DNA of 64,000 nt from Pirellulales bacterium. Lineage in GTDB: Bacteria; Planctomycetota; Planctomycetia; Pirellulales; Lacipirellulaceae. Below the pieces are notes generated by a model. The model had not been told where the DNA came from. It worked only from the letters and a program-made list of their open reading frames with translations, and searched no databases. The stretch is from the NCBI GenBank assembly GCA_041740115.1, contig JBGSMO010000487.1, positions 7,953 to 71,952 on the forward strand. The letters are read 5' to 3'. Positions 44,970 through 53,668 of the stretch are shown here, piece after piece. The first letter of the stretch is position 1. Every line of letters begins with the position of its first letter. The position numbers and the translations under genes are program-made.

Positions 44970-45463
44970 CCGCTGATTCGGGTTGTTATTTGGCGGTTGG
45001 CGCCGCGCTGTTCGTGTTGGGCGGCATCGGGTTCGTCACGCGCCGCAATTTGATTCTGATTTTCCTGTCGGTGGAGCTGATGCTCCATGGCGTCTCGCTG
45101 ACGCTGCTCACCTTCGGGCGGATGCACAACAACCTCGAAGGGCAGTCGTTTACGATCTTCATGTTGACCGTCGCCGCGTGCGAAGCAGCCCTCGGGCTGT
45201 CGCTCGTGTTGTCATTGTATCAGCGGACCAAGTCGCTCGACGTCGACATCTGGAGCAAGCTGAGCGAGCCTGATCTGCCGAAGTGGGACAAGCCCGTGCA
45301 GCCGTTGGAAAGTCGCCTGGAGCGAGCAGAACACCCCGCATCGCCCCGGCTGACGAAGGCGGGCGGTATGCCGGAGATCGACGATGATTTTCCGGTTGAA
45401 CTCGCGGCGACGACTGACCCGCGTAAAGTGCTGACACCCTCGCCGCCGGATGACGATTACTGA
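44966..45463 (+). CDS. nuoK: NADH-quinone oxidoreductase subunit K with C-terminal extension
   Basis: RRNLILIFLSVELML and VAACEAALGL; about 65-aa Pro/acidic tail. Confidence 0.94.
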   Translation: MTADSGCYLAVGAALFVLGGIGFVTRRNLILIFLSVELMLHGVSLTLLTFGRMHNNLEGQSFTIFMLTVAACEAALGLSLVLSLYQRTKSLDVDIWSKLSEPDLPKWDKPVQPLESRLERAEHPASPRLTKAGGMPEIDDDFPVELAATTDPRKVLTPSPPDDDY

Positions 45464-45467
45464 AGTG

Positions 45468-45562
45468 GGGATCCGTGATCGGTGATCGGGAAGATTGCCG
45501 AATCAGAATCCTCGATTGCTTGCTGTCTCCTACCGATCACCAGTCACCGATCTCAGATCACC
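45468..45562. repeat. 7-nt-periodic palindrome (nuoK-nuoL junction)
   Basis: GTGATCG x2 on the left; CCGATCAC-CAGTCAC-CGATCTC-AGATCAC on the right. Confidence 0.75.
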
Positions 45563-45575
45563 ATACTCCCCCCCT

Positions 45576-47558
45576 ATGTCTCCTGCGACTGAACAACTTG
45601 TGCTGTGGCTGATCCCCGGCGCCCCCCTCGTGGCGGCCCTGGCGATCGCGCTGCTCGGCAAGACCGTGCTCCATGAGCGGAGCCACTGGCCCTGCTGGTT
45701 GGCGCTCGCTACGTCGATGGTCTGTGCGATTCTGCTCGTGACAAAGCTCGTGCCGGCGACGTTCGAGAATGCCGACGAGACTGTCATGGGCGCCATGGCG
45801 ACCGGCTATTCGTGGCTGAAAGTCGGCACGATCGACGTGCGCATTGACCTGCGGGCCGATGCAATGAGCGCGCTCATGCTGACGATGGTTACCAGCGTCA
45901 GTTTCCTGGTGTCGATCTTCGGCGCCGGCTACATGCACGGCGACAAGGGCTACCCGCGATTTTTCGGGGCGGTGTCGTTGTTCGTCTTTTCGATGGTGAT
46001 GTTGGTGCTGTCGGCTAACTTCCTGCAGTTGTTCATCTTTTGGGAACTGGTCGGCCTATGCAGTTACCTGCTGATCGGCTTCTGGTTCCAGAAGCCAAGC
46101 GCAGCGGCCGCGGCGAAGAAGGCGTTCGTCGTCAATCGCATCGGCGACATGGGGCTGATCCTCGGCATCTTCTTGATCTGGGATACCTTCGGATCGATGG
46201 ACTTCTCGAAGGTGTTGTTTGACGCCGACAATTTAGCGCTGATCGCTGGCGATCATCCCATGCGGCTGGTCGCGATTTGCTTCCTGCTGCTGGTCGGGGC
46301 GATGGGCAAGAGCGCCCAGTTCCCGCTCCACGTCTGGTTGCCCGACGCGATGGAAGGCCCCACTCCGGTGAGCGCCCTCATCCACGCGGCGACGATGGTC
46401 ACCGCTGGCGTCTACCTGGTGGCGCGTAGTACGCCGCTGTTCATGTACGCCCCGCAAGCTCAGGTCTTTGTTTCATGCATTGGGGCGACGACCGCTCTGG
46501 TGGCGGCCCTAATTGCTTTGACCCAAACGGACCTGAAACGCGTCCTCGCTTACTCCACTGTCAGCCAGCTCGGGTACATGTTCATGGCCCTCGGCGTCGG
46601 CGCCGCGGGGGCGGAACTGGCGACGGCGGGCGCCACAGCCGGGATGTTCCACCTCGTGACCCACGGCGTTTTCAAGGCGCTGTTGTTCCTCTCGGCCGGC
46701 AGCGTAATGCACTCGATGGGCGACGTCATCGACATGCGTCGCTTCAGCGGCCTGCGAAAAGTGATTCCGATCACCCACTGGACGTTCCTCTGTGGCGCCG
46801 GGGCGCTGGCCGGCGTGCCGTTGTTGGCGGGCTTCTGGAGCAAGGACGAGATTCTCGCCGTGCTGCACGAAGCTGGGCATCACAATGAGAAGTACGGGAC
46901 GATCTTCACCACGATTTACTGGATCGCGACATTCACCGCCCTGCTGACGGCGTTTTACACGTTCCGCGCTTACTTCATGACCTTCTGGGGCCCGGAGCGG
47001 ACGCCGCCCGAAGCGGGGCATCATCCCCACGACGCCCCGCCGGCGATGGCCTGGCCTTTGCGCATTCTGGCGATCGGCGCCCTCACCGTCGGCGCCGCCG
47101 TCGCAGTGACGCACTTCTTTGCTCACTACTTTGAACATACCCCCGGCTTCACGCCCATCGAGCAGCATGTCTTCCACATCAGCCTGATGGTGCAGAGCGG
47201 CTTGATCGCCCTCTTCGGCATCGCGGTGGCGTGGTTCATGTACGTGAAGAACCCAGGCCTGCCGGCGAAGGTGAGCCAGGGAGCGAATTTCTTCTACGAC
47301 CTGTCTTCGCGGAAGTTTTTCCTTGACGAGATCTTCACGGCGATCCTAGTGATGCCGCTGCGATTCTTGGCTCACTTCTGCTTCCTGTTCGACACGCATG
47401 TGATCGACCGCATCGTCGACGCCGTCGGCGCCTTGCCGCGACTGCTGAGCGCCCCCCCGCGGTTGTTGCAGACTGGTTACGTCTCAAGTTACGCCTTGAT
47501 GATGTGGGTCGGCGCTTTGGCCTGCATGGGCTACATGCTGGGGCTGTTTCACCAGTAA
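45576..47558 (+). CDS. nuoL: NADH-quinone oxidoreductase subunit L
   Basis: GKSAQFPLHVWLPDAMEGPTPVSALIHAATMV. Confidence 0.97.
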   Translation: MSPATEQLVLWLIPGAPLVAALAIALLGKTVLHERSHWPCWLALATSMVCAILLVTKLVPATFENADETVMGAMATGYSWLKVGTIDVRIDLRADAMSALMLTMVTSVSFLVSIFGAGYMHGDKGYPRFFGAVSLFVFSMVMLVLSANFLQLFIFWELVGLCSYLLIGFWFQKPSAAAAAKKAFVVNRIGDMGLILGIFLIWDTFGSMDFSKVLFDADNLALIAGDHPMRLVAICFLLLVGAMGKSAQFPLHVWLPDAMEGPTPVSALIHAATMVTAGVYLVARSTPLFMYAPQAQVFVSCIGATTALVAALIALTQTDLKRVLAYSTVSQLGYMFMALGVGAAGAELATAGATAGMFHLVTHGVFKALLFLSAGSVMHSMGDVIDMRRFSGLRKVIPITHWTFLCGAGALAGVPLLAGFWSKDEILAVLHEAGHHNEKYGTIFTTIYWIATFTALLTAFYTFRAYFMTFWGPERTPPEAGHHPHDAPPAMAWPLRILAIGALTVGAAVAVTHFFAHYFEHTPGFTPIEQHVFHISLMVQSGLIALFGIAVAWFMYVKNPGLPAKVSQGANFFYDLSSRKFFLDEIFTAILVMPLRFLAHFCFLFDTHVIDRIVDAVGALPRLLSAPPRLLQTGYVSSYALMMWVGALACMGYMLGLFHQ

Positions 47559-47643
47559 CGCATGTTGAGCTTCAGCAAGAATCGACAACGATCGCGACAC
47601 GACGCAAAGAATAAATAGTTCAATTCACGATAGCGACGACTGA

Positions 47644-49290
47644 ATGATTCAACTCCTATTCATCTTGCTGCTGGTCCCGCTGGGCGCCGGGGGGCTGTTG
47701 CTCCTGTTTTCTGGCGTCTCTCAGCAACGCTCCGCACGCTGGATCGCGTTGGGGGGCTCGCTGGTCGCGCTCGCGTTGTCGTTGCAGTTGGCGGCCGACT
47801 ATCGTGCGTTGCAAGCAGAGCAGGGGGCCACGGCCAGCGATTCGCCGATCGCTCCGCGGGTTGAGTACCGCCGCACTTGGGAAATTCTCGGCGACGCGTC
47901 GACGCCCGAAGCCGCCAATGATGCGATCAAGCTGGAATTTCACTTCGGCCTCGACGGCGTCAGCGTCGTGATGATCGTACTGACGGCGCTGCTTGGCGTG
48001 GTGTGCGTTCTCTGCTCTTGGGACGCGATCACCGAACGAGAGTCGGAGTTCTACGCCGCGTTGCTGATCCTGCAGAGCGGCGTCATCGGCGTCTTCTGCG
48101 CGTTCGACGCGGTGCTGTTCTACGTCTTCTTCGAGTTCACGCTCATCCCGCTCTTCTTCCTGATTGCGATCTGGGGCGGCCCGCAGCGTCGTTACGCAGC
48201 AGTAAAGTTTTTCCTCTATACGCTCGCCGGCAGCTTGGTGACGCTCTTGGGATTGATCACGCTAATCGGTTACGCGGCCAAGGGGGGCCTTACGTCGCCC
48301 TGTTCGCTGCCGGAACTGGCGGCGTGGTATCGCGACAACCCTATGCCGTTCTCGCTGCAGGTGGCGACGTTCCTCGCGCTCTCGGTCGGCTTTCTGATCA
48401 AAGTGCCGGTCTTTCCGTTCCATACCTGGTTGCCGCTGGCTCACGTCGAGGCGCCGACCGCGGGCAGTATCTTGCTCGCTGGCGTGCTGCTAAAGCTTGG
48501 CACCTACGGCTTCCTACGATTTTGCCTGCCGATGCTCCCCGACGCCTGCCTGACTGTCGGACTGCCGGCAGCGGCTATCCTGTCGGTGATCGGCATCGTC
48601 TACGGATCGCTCTGTGCCTTGATCCAACGCGACGTCAAGAAACTCGTCGCGTATTCCAGCGTCGCCCACTTGGGCTTCTGCATGCTTGGACTCTTCGCCC
48701 TGAACGTCGAAGGGATGACCGGCGGCGTGTTGCAGATGGTCAATCACGGTCTCTCGACCGGGGCGTTGTTCCTCATCGTCGGAATGTTTTACGAGCGGTA
48801 TCACACCCGTATGATGGACGACCTCGGCGGTCTCGCGAGCCGCTTGCCGTTGATGGCGGCGGGAATGGTGTTCATTTCGATGGCGAGTGTCGGTTTGCCG
48901 GGTCTCAATGGCTTCCCCGGCGAAATGTTGTCGCTCGCCGGTATGTTCAAGCGGAACCCCTACTACGCCGCGGCCGGCGCCACTGGCCTGGTGCTTGGCG
49001 CTTGGTATCTGCTGTCGATGCTGCAGTTCGTCTTCTTCGGCCCGCTGAAGGAACCGACTGTCCACGACCATAGTCACGGTCCCATCCGCGATATCTCGCT
49101 CCGTGAGTTGGCCGCGCTCGTCCCGTTGGCAGCCGCTTGCTTGTGGATCGGCGTGAAGCCGCAACCGTTGATCGACGTCATCCGGCCCGATATCGAAGCC
49201 GTGGCGAAATTGTACGAAGGACGGTACCCCGTCGAGGTCGAGGCGCAGGCTGTCGCCGAAGTGAAGAGCCGTCCGCGGCAGGAGCAGTAA
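47644..49290 (+). CDS. nuoM: NADH-quinone oxidoreductase subunit M
   Basis: IKVPVFPFHTWLPLAHVEAPTAGS and KKLVAYSSVAH. Confidence 0.97.
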   Translation: MIQLLFILLLVPLGAGGLLLLFSGVSQQRSARWIALGGSLVALALSLQLAADYRALQAEQGATASDSPIAPRVEYRRTWEILGDASTPEAANDAIKLEFHFGLDGVSVVMIVLTALLGVVCVLCSWDAITERESEFYAALLILQSGVIGVFCAFDAVLFYVFFEFTLIPLFFLIAIWGGPQRRYAAVKFFLYTLAGSLVTLLGLITLIGYAAKGGLTSPCSLPELAAWYRDNPMPFSLQVATFLALSVGFLIKVPVFPFHTWLPLAHVEAPTAGSILLAGVLLKLGTYGFLRFCLPMLPDACLTVGLPAAAILSVIGIVYGSLCALIQRDVKKLVAYSSVAHLGFCMLGLFALNVEGMTGGVLQMVNHGLSTGALFLIVGMFYERYHTRMMDDLGGLASRLPLMAAGMVFISMASVGLPGLNGFPGEMLSLAGMFKRNPYYAAAGATGLVLGAWYLLSMLQFVFFGPLKEPTVHDHSHGPIRDISLRELAALVPLAAACLWIGVKPQPLIDVIRPDIEAVAKLYEGRYPVEVEAQAVAEVKSRPRQEQ

Positions 49291-49292
49291 CG

Positions 49293-50792
49293 ATGGCCAT
49301 CGCCATAGAGCAAATCACGAACGGCGTTTACTACCTCGCCCCGGAATTGATTCTGGTGCTGGCGGTTTGCGTCATGTTCCTCACCGGGCCCTTCTTCGTC
49401 ACGGAAGCAGGCGTGGGCGCTGCCGGACTGCGCAAGCGTTGGGGCGCCCTGGCGCTCGCCGCGATTGGCTGCGCCGGCTTCTTTTGGTGGAACTCCGACT
49501 CTCCGCCGCTTGATACCGGGCCGTTTCGCGCGGACGCGCTGACCTGGTACGTCCGCGGCCTGACGCTTGTCCTCGGAGCCGTCATCTCGATCATCCTGGT
49601 CGATCAGATCGACGAAGGGCACTCCGCCGAATCGCAAGCCTGCCTGTTGGCGATCCTCGTCGGCGTGAATCTCACCGCGCTTGCGAACGACTTGGTGGTG
49701 CTGTTCCTGGCGTTGGAGTTGGTCAGTATCCCGACGTATGTCCTCCTTTACCTGCCGCGACGGGGCGAGGCGAATCAGGAAGCGGCCATTAAATACATGC
49801 TGCTCAGCATTTTTTCGTCCGCGATTGTCCTCTACGGCATGAGCATGCTGTATGGCGCCGCGGGAACGACGAATTTGGCCGGCATCGCCGAGTATTTTGA
49901 AGCGGGCCAATCGGAGAGTGCGACGACGCTCATTCGACTGTCGGTTGCCCTGTTGATTGCAGGCCTCTCGTTCCGCCTCGGCGCCGTACCGTTTCACTTT
50001 TACGCCCCCGACGTGTTTCAGGGAATTCCCTCTGCGGCGGCGGCGATGTTGTCGTATGTGCCGAAGGTGGTCGGCTTCGTCGCCTTGCTGCGATTGCTGC
50101 CGCTGGTCGGCGGTCTGGGAGTAGCCGAGGCGGTCGACGGTCCGTCGGCCCGCATCTTGCTCGCCGCTCTGGCGATTGCGACGATGACGATCGGCAACCT
50201 CCTCGCTTTCCGGCAAGACAATCTCTACCGGCTGATGGCCTACTCCAGCGTCGCGCATGCCGGCTACATGATGATCGGCCTGGTGGTCGAGAGCGGGAAC
50301 GACGACGTCAGCGGCGTCGGCGCCCTGCTGTTCTACCTGGCGACCTACGGCTTAATCACGATCGGCGTCTTCGCCCTCTTCGCCGGCGTCAGCAGCGAGA
50401 AATCGCCCGTGCGGGTGATCGGCGACCTGGCAGGCATGAGTCGCATTCACCCCGCGGTGGCCCTGGCCTTGGCCATCTGCCTGTTCAGCCTCACCGGTCT
50501 GCCGCCAACGGTTGGCATGCTCGGCAAACTGAACCTGTTCCTCGCCAGTTGGGGCGAGGGAACGACGCTCGGCCATTCGTTGGCGATCGTCCTCGCCGTC
50601 AATGCGGCGATTTCGGCCTGGTATTACCTGCGCATCATCGGCGTGATGTTCTTCGATTCCGCGCCGGCGGGCGAACCATCAAAGTTGACGCTGGCCCCGG
50701 CTGTGGCGGGAACACTTTGTTCCATTGCGAGCATTCTGCTGTTCATCGCCCCGCAGTACCTGTGGGAAGCGGCCGTGAAATTCGTGCCGTAG
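49293..50792 (+). CDS. nuoN: NADH-quinone oxidoreductase subunit N
   Basis: LALELVSIPTY, EAAIKY, FRLGAVPFHFYAPDV and RLMAYSSVAHAGY. Confidence 0.96.
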   Translation: MAIAIEQITNGVYYLAPELILVLAVCVMFLTGPFFVTEAGVGAAGLRKRWGALALAAIGCAGFFWWNSDSPPLDTGPFRADALTWYVRGLTLVLGAVISIILVDQIDEGHSAESQACLLAILVGVNLTALANDLVVLFLALELVSIPTYVLLYLPRRGEANQEAAIKYMLLSIFSSAIVLYGMSMLYGAAGTTNLAGIAEYFEAGQSESATTLIRLSVALLIAGLSFRLGAVPFHFYAPDVFQGIPSAAAAMLSYVPKVVGFVALLRLLPLVGGLGVAEAVDGPSARILLAALAIATMTIGNLLAFRQDNLYRLMAYSSVAHAGYMMIGLVVESGNDDVSGVGALLFYLATYGLITIGVFALFAGVSSEKSPVRVIGDLAGMSRIHPAVALALAICLFSLTGLPPTVGMLGKLNLFLASWGEGTTLGHSLAIVLAVNAAISAWYYLRIIGVMFFDSAPAGEPSKLTLAPAVAGTLCSIASILLFIAPQYLWEAAVKFVP

Positions 50793-50825
50793 AGCGCTGC
50801 CACGCCTATTCGCTCGGCGGCGCGA

Positions 50826-50850
50826 CCCCCCGGCGGAGCCGGGGGCTGCA
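50826..50850. repeat. Single REP of the 11731/61811 family
   Basis: CCCCCCGGCGGAGCCGGGGGCTGCA, downstream of nuoN. Confidence 0.75.
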
Positions 50851-51153
50851 ATAGGCGTTGCGCGGCCGCGACTCGCGTCAAATGCCGGCGGGCATGCGAA
50901 GTGGTCCGTACGATCCGGATAACCGGCGCGCGACGACCCTGGCGAGACCGTGCGACCCTCGCCAGCCGTCTCGGCCCATCCCAATTTCAGGCCATTCGGG
51001 CGGTCGAATTCTAGACACGTCCATCCCCCCAATCAGACTGAAATAGTCGGCCCCCCGACCGGAGCTTCGGCTCCGCTTCTCGTCGGGGCGTGAGGATGCC
51101 GCACTCGAACGGCGTCGAGCTCTCGAAGTTCCTGCTCTCGCTCACGACCAAGA

Positions 51154-53640
51154 TTGGCCGCTATGAATGTGATTGCTTCCGTGCCTGTCGACGCTTGGCG
51201 CCCATTTCAATTCAACGTTCGGCGCTGCTTCACTGGACTGCTGACGCTCGCGCTCGTCGCGCTGTCGACGGCCGCGACGCAGGCGGCGCTCGTTTACGAC
51301 GTGGGCCAGACGGAGGTGATCTACACCGCGTCGCAACGTCGCAACAAGGGACTCGATTACTGGGTCGACGGCAATCTCGGCGTCGTTCCGATCGGCAACG
51401 GTCAGTATCACTTCTATGGCGCCAACGGTCCGACGCCCGTGCGAACGACGGGGACCTTGGCGGATCCGGCACAGTCGCGCAGTAACGTCAGCATTACGGG
51501 CCTCCCCAGCAATTACTTCAACTACGTTGCAGGCGGGCCGACTTACTTCGACGCCACGACTGGCGCTCGGCTGATGATCTATCACGCTGAACGTCACGCC
51601 ACCAGCGGCCAGGATTATTACAGCGTCCTGGGCATGGCGATCTCCACCGACTCGCAGGGGCTGCAGTTCCGCGATCTGGGCGTGATCGTCGAGCCTGACG
51701 TGCCGATGGCGCAACGTCCTCATTCGATCGAAGTCGGCGGCGGCTCGTTCGCCGTCATGAATGGCGAGATGTACGTCTACTACCGCGACTACCTGGAAGG
51801 GGGCGGCAGCAGCGAGCTCGCGGTGGCGAAGGCGCCCGTCTCCACGATCCTCGCCAACGCGATGAACAACCAGGGGACGAGTTTCACCAAGTACTACAAC
51901 GGCGGCTGGACCCAGCCCGGCATCGGCGGGCGGTCGTCGGCGCTGGAAGTCGGCAACCCCGGCAACGCCTGGTCGGCGGTGTCGTACAACGACTACCTCG
52001 GCGGCCTCGTCATGATGACGTCGGCGTGGGCCGACTCGACTGGCAACAACAACCTCTTCATGTCGACCTCGACGGACGGCGTCAACTGGAGCCAGCGGCA
52101 GGCGATCGTCACCGACGCCGGCGAACAAATGTATCCCACGCTGATCGGAACGGGCGCCGACCCGACTCGCACCGGCCAGTCGTTTTACGCCTACTACACC
52201 GACAGCGCGTCTGGGGGCTGGAATCGCTGGAACGACGCTAAGCTCGTCCGGCGGCAGATCACGCTCAACAACGGCAGCACAACGCCTCCCCCCGATACGG
52301 AGCCGACGCCGACCCCGGCTGCCAACGTCGTCGCCGACTTTCGCTCCGACTTCCAAGCGGGCGCTCCCGCCCAGGGGTGGAAGTACATGTGGAATCCCAA
52401 CGGCAAGCTCGGCGACGCCAGCAAGTACGTCTCGCTCAACTGGAGCTCCACCGCCGGCGTCTACAACACGACTGGCGGCGCCACCACCGTTTGGAACGGC
52501 AGGACGCACAAAGACGACTACCTAATGCTGGGCGGTGATAGCGGGCACCCCGGACGGCCCGGTTACTATGCCATCACGGGCTATACGATCCAAGCCGACG
52601 ACGGCGCCGGGCTCTATTCGCTGATCGGCAGCTCGATCATGAAGAACGACACGATCAAGACGGGCGACGAGGACGGCCTCGACTTGCTGCTCTACATCAA
52701 CAACACCAAGCTCGGCTCGGTGCAGAGCGTCTCGACGACCGGCTCGCTGATGACGTTCGATCGCGATTTGGGACAACTGGCCGTCGGCGATACGGTCTAC
52801 GTGATGCTCGGCGCTGGCAAGAACAATAACTACGATCTGTTCAAGAACTTCGACTTTTCGCTCCAGCGGACGCCGATCGTCACCATTCCGAACCCAACTC
52901 CAACTCCGACTCCAACTCCGACGCCAGGCCAGCCCGTGGAACAGCAGTGGGTGGCCGTCGCCGGCTTCCGCAACGATTTCAAGGCAGGCGGTCCGGCGGC
53001 AGGTTGGAAATATCAGTGGAGCGCCAGCGGCAAACTCGGCGACGCGAGCAAATACGCCAATCTCACCTGGAGCTCAGTCGCCGGCGCCTACAACACTACC
53101 GGCGGCGCGACGCGCGAATGGGACGGTAGGGCCCACAAGGACGACTACCTGATGCTGGGGCTCGACGCCGGACATCCCGGTCGCGCCGGCTACTACACAA
53201 TCGCCGGCTACACCATTCAGGCCGAAGACGGCGCCGGAATCTATCGGCTTAACAACGGGCTAATCTCGAAGGCCGACGGCGTGAAGACGGGCGACGAAGA
53301 CGGACTCGAGGTTCTAGTCTACGTAAACAACATCCGCATGGGGGACGTCCTATCCGTTCTCACGGACGGTTCCTGGACAGGCCTCTACCGCGACCTGGGG
53401 CAACTTGCCGTCGGCGACACGATCTACGTCATGATCGGCTCGGCGAAAAATCTGAACTACGATCTGTTCACTAACTTCAATTTTAATATCGAGAAGCTCA
53501 CAGCGATCGCGCCCGCGTCCGCCGCGGCGTCGTTCGCAATCAGCGCCGTGCCGGAGCCGTCGAGCGGCCTGCTGCTACTGGGAACTGCGACCGTCGGCGC
53601 CGTCGCCATGCGGAGGAAACGAGCAAGTAGAAGCAATTAA
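51154..53640 (+). CDS. PEP-CTERM surface protein: propeller-like N-domain + two tandem ~181-aa domains
   Basis: Signal peptide ...STAATQA; C-terminal VPEPSSGLLLLG...MRRKR; repeats at 52327-52869 and 52951-53496 separated by a PT-rich linker. The start may be ATG 51163. Confidence 0.9.
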   Translation: MAAMNVIASVPVDAWRPFQFNVRRCFTGLLTLALVALSTAATQAALVYDVGQTEVIYTASQRRNKGLDYWVDGNLGVVPIGNGQYHFYGANGPTPVRTTGTLADPAQSRSNVSITGLPSNYFNYVAGGPTYFDATTGARLMIYHAERHATSGQDYYSVLGMAISTDSQGLQFRDLGVIVEPDVPMAQRPHSIEVGGGSFAVMNGEMYVYYRDYLEGGGSSELAVAKAPVSTILANAMNNQGTSFTKYYNGGWTQPGIGGRSSALEVGNPGNAWSAVSYNDYLGGLVMMTSAWADSTGNNNLFMSTSTDGVNWSQRQAIVTDAGEQMYPTLIGTGADPTRTGQSFYAYYTDSASGGWNRWNDAKLVRRQITLNNGSTTPPPDTEPTPTPAANVVADFRSDFQAGAPAQGWKYMWNPNGKLGDASKYVSLNWSSTAGVYNTTGGATTVWNGRTHKDDYLMLGGDSGHPGRPGYYAITGYTIQADDGAGLYSLIGSSIMKNDTIKTGDEDGLDLLLYINNTKLGSVQSVSTTGSLMTFDRDLGQLAVGDTVYVMLGAGKNNNYDLFKNFDFSLQRTPIVTIPNPTPTPTPTPTPGQPVEQQWVAVAGFRNDFKAGGPAAGWKYQWSASGKLGDASKYANLTWSSVAGAYNTTGGATREWDGRAHKDDYLMLGLDAGHPGRAGYYTIAGYTIQAEDGAGIYRLNNGLISKADGVKTGDEDGLEVLVYVNNIRMGDVLSVLTDGSWTGLYRDLGQLAVGDTIYVMIGSAKNLNYDLFTNFNFNIEKLTAIAPASAAASFAISAVPEPSSGLLLLGTATVGAVAMRRKRASRSN

Positions 53641-53668
53641 AAGATACTCGGAATCGGTACGCCTTCGC

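Noticed and set aside
51040-51125. Known riboswitch (c-di-GMP-I/II, cobalamin, ydaO)
   Set aside because: The signature motifs are absent; kept only as an unclassified candidate structure.
52888-52926. DNA tandem repeat / contingency locus
   Set aside because: Degenerate CCAACT/CCGACT hexamers that simply encode a Pro-Thr linker in frame.
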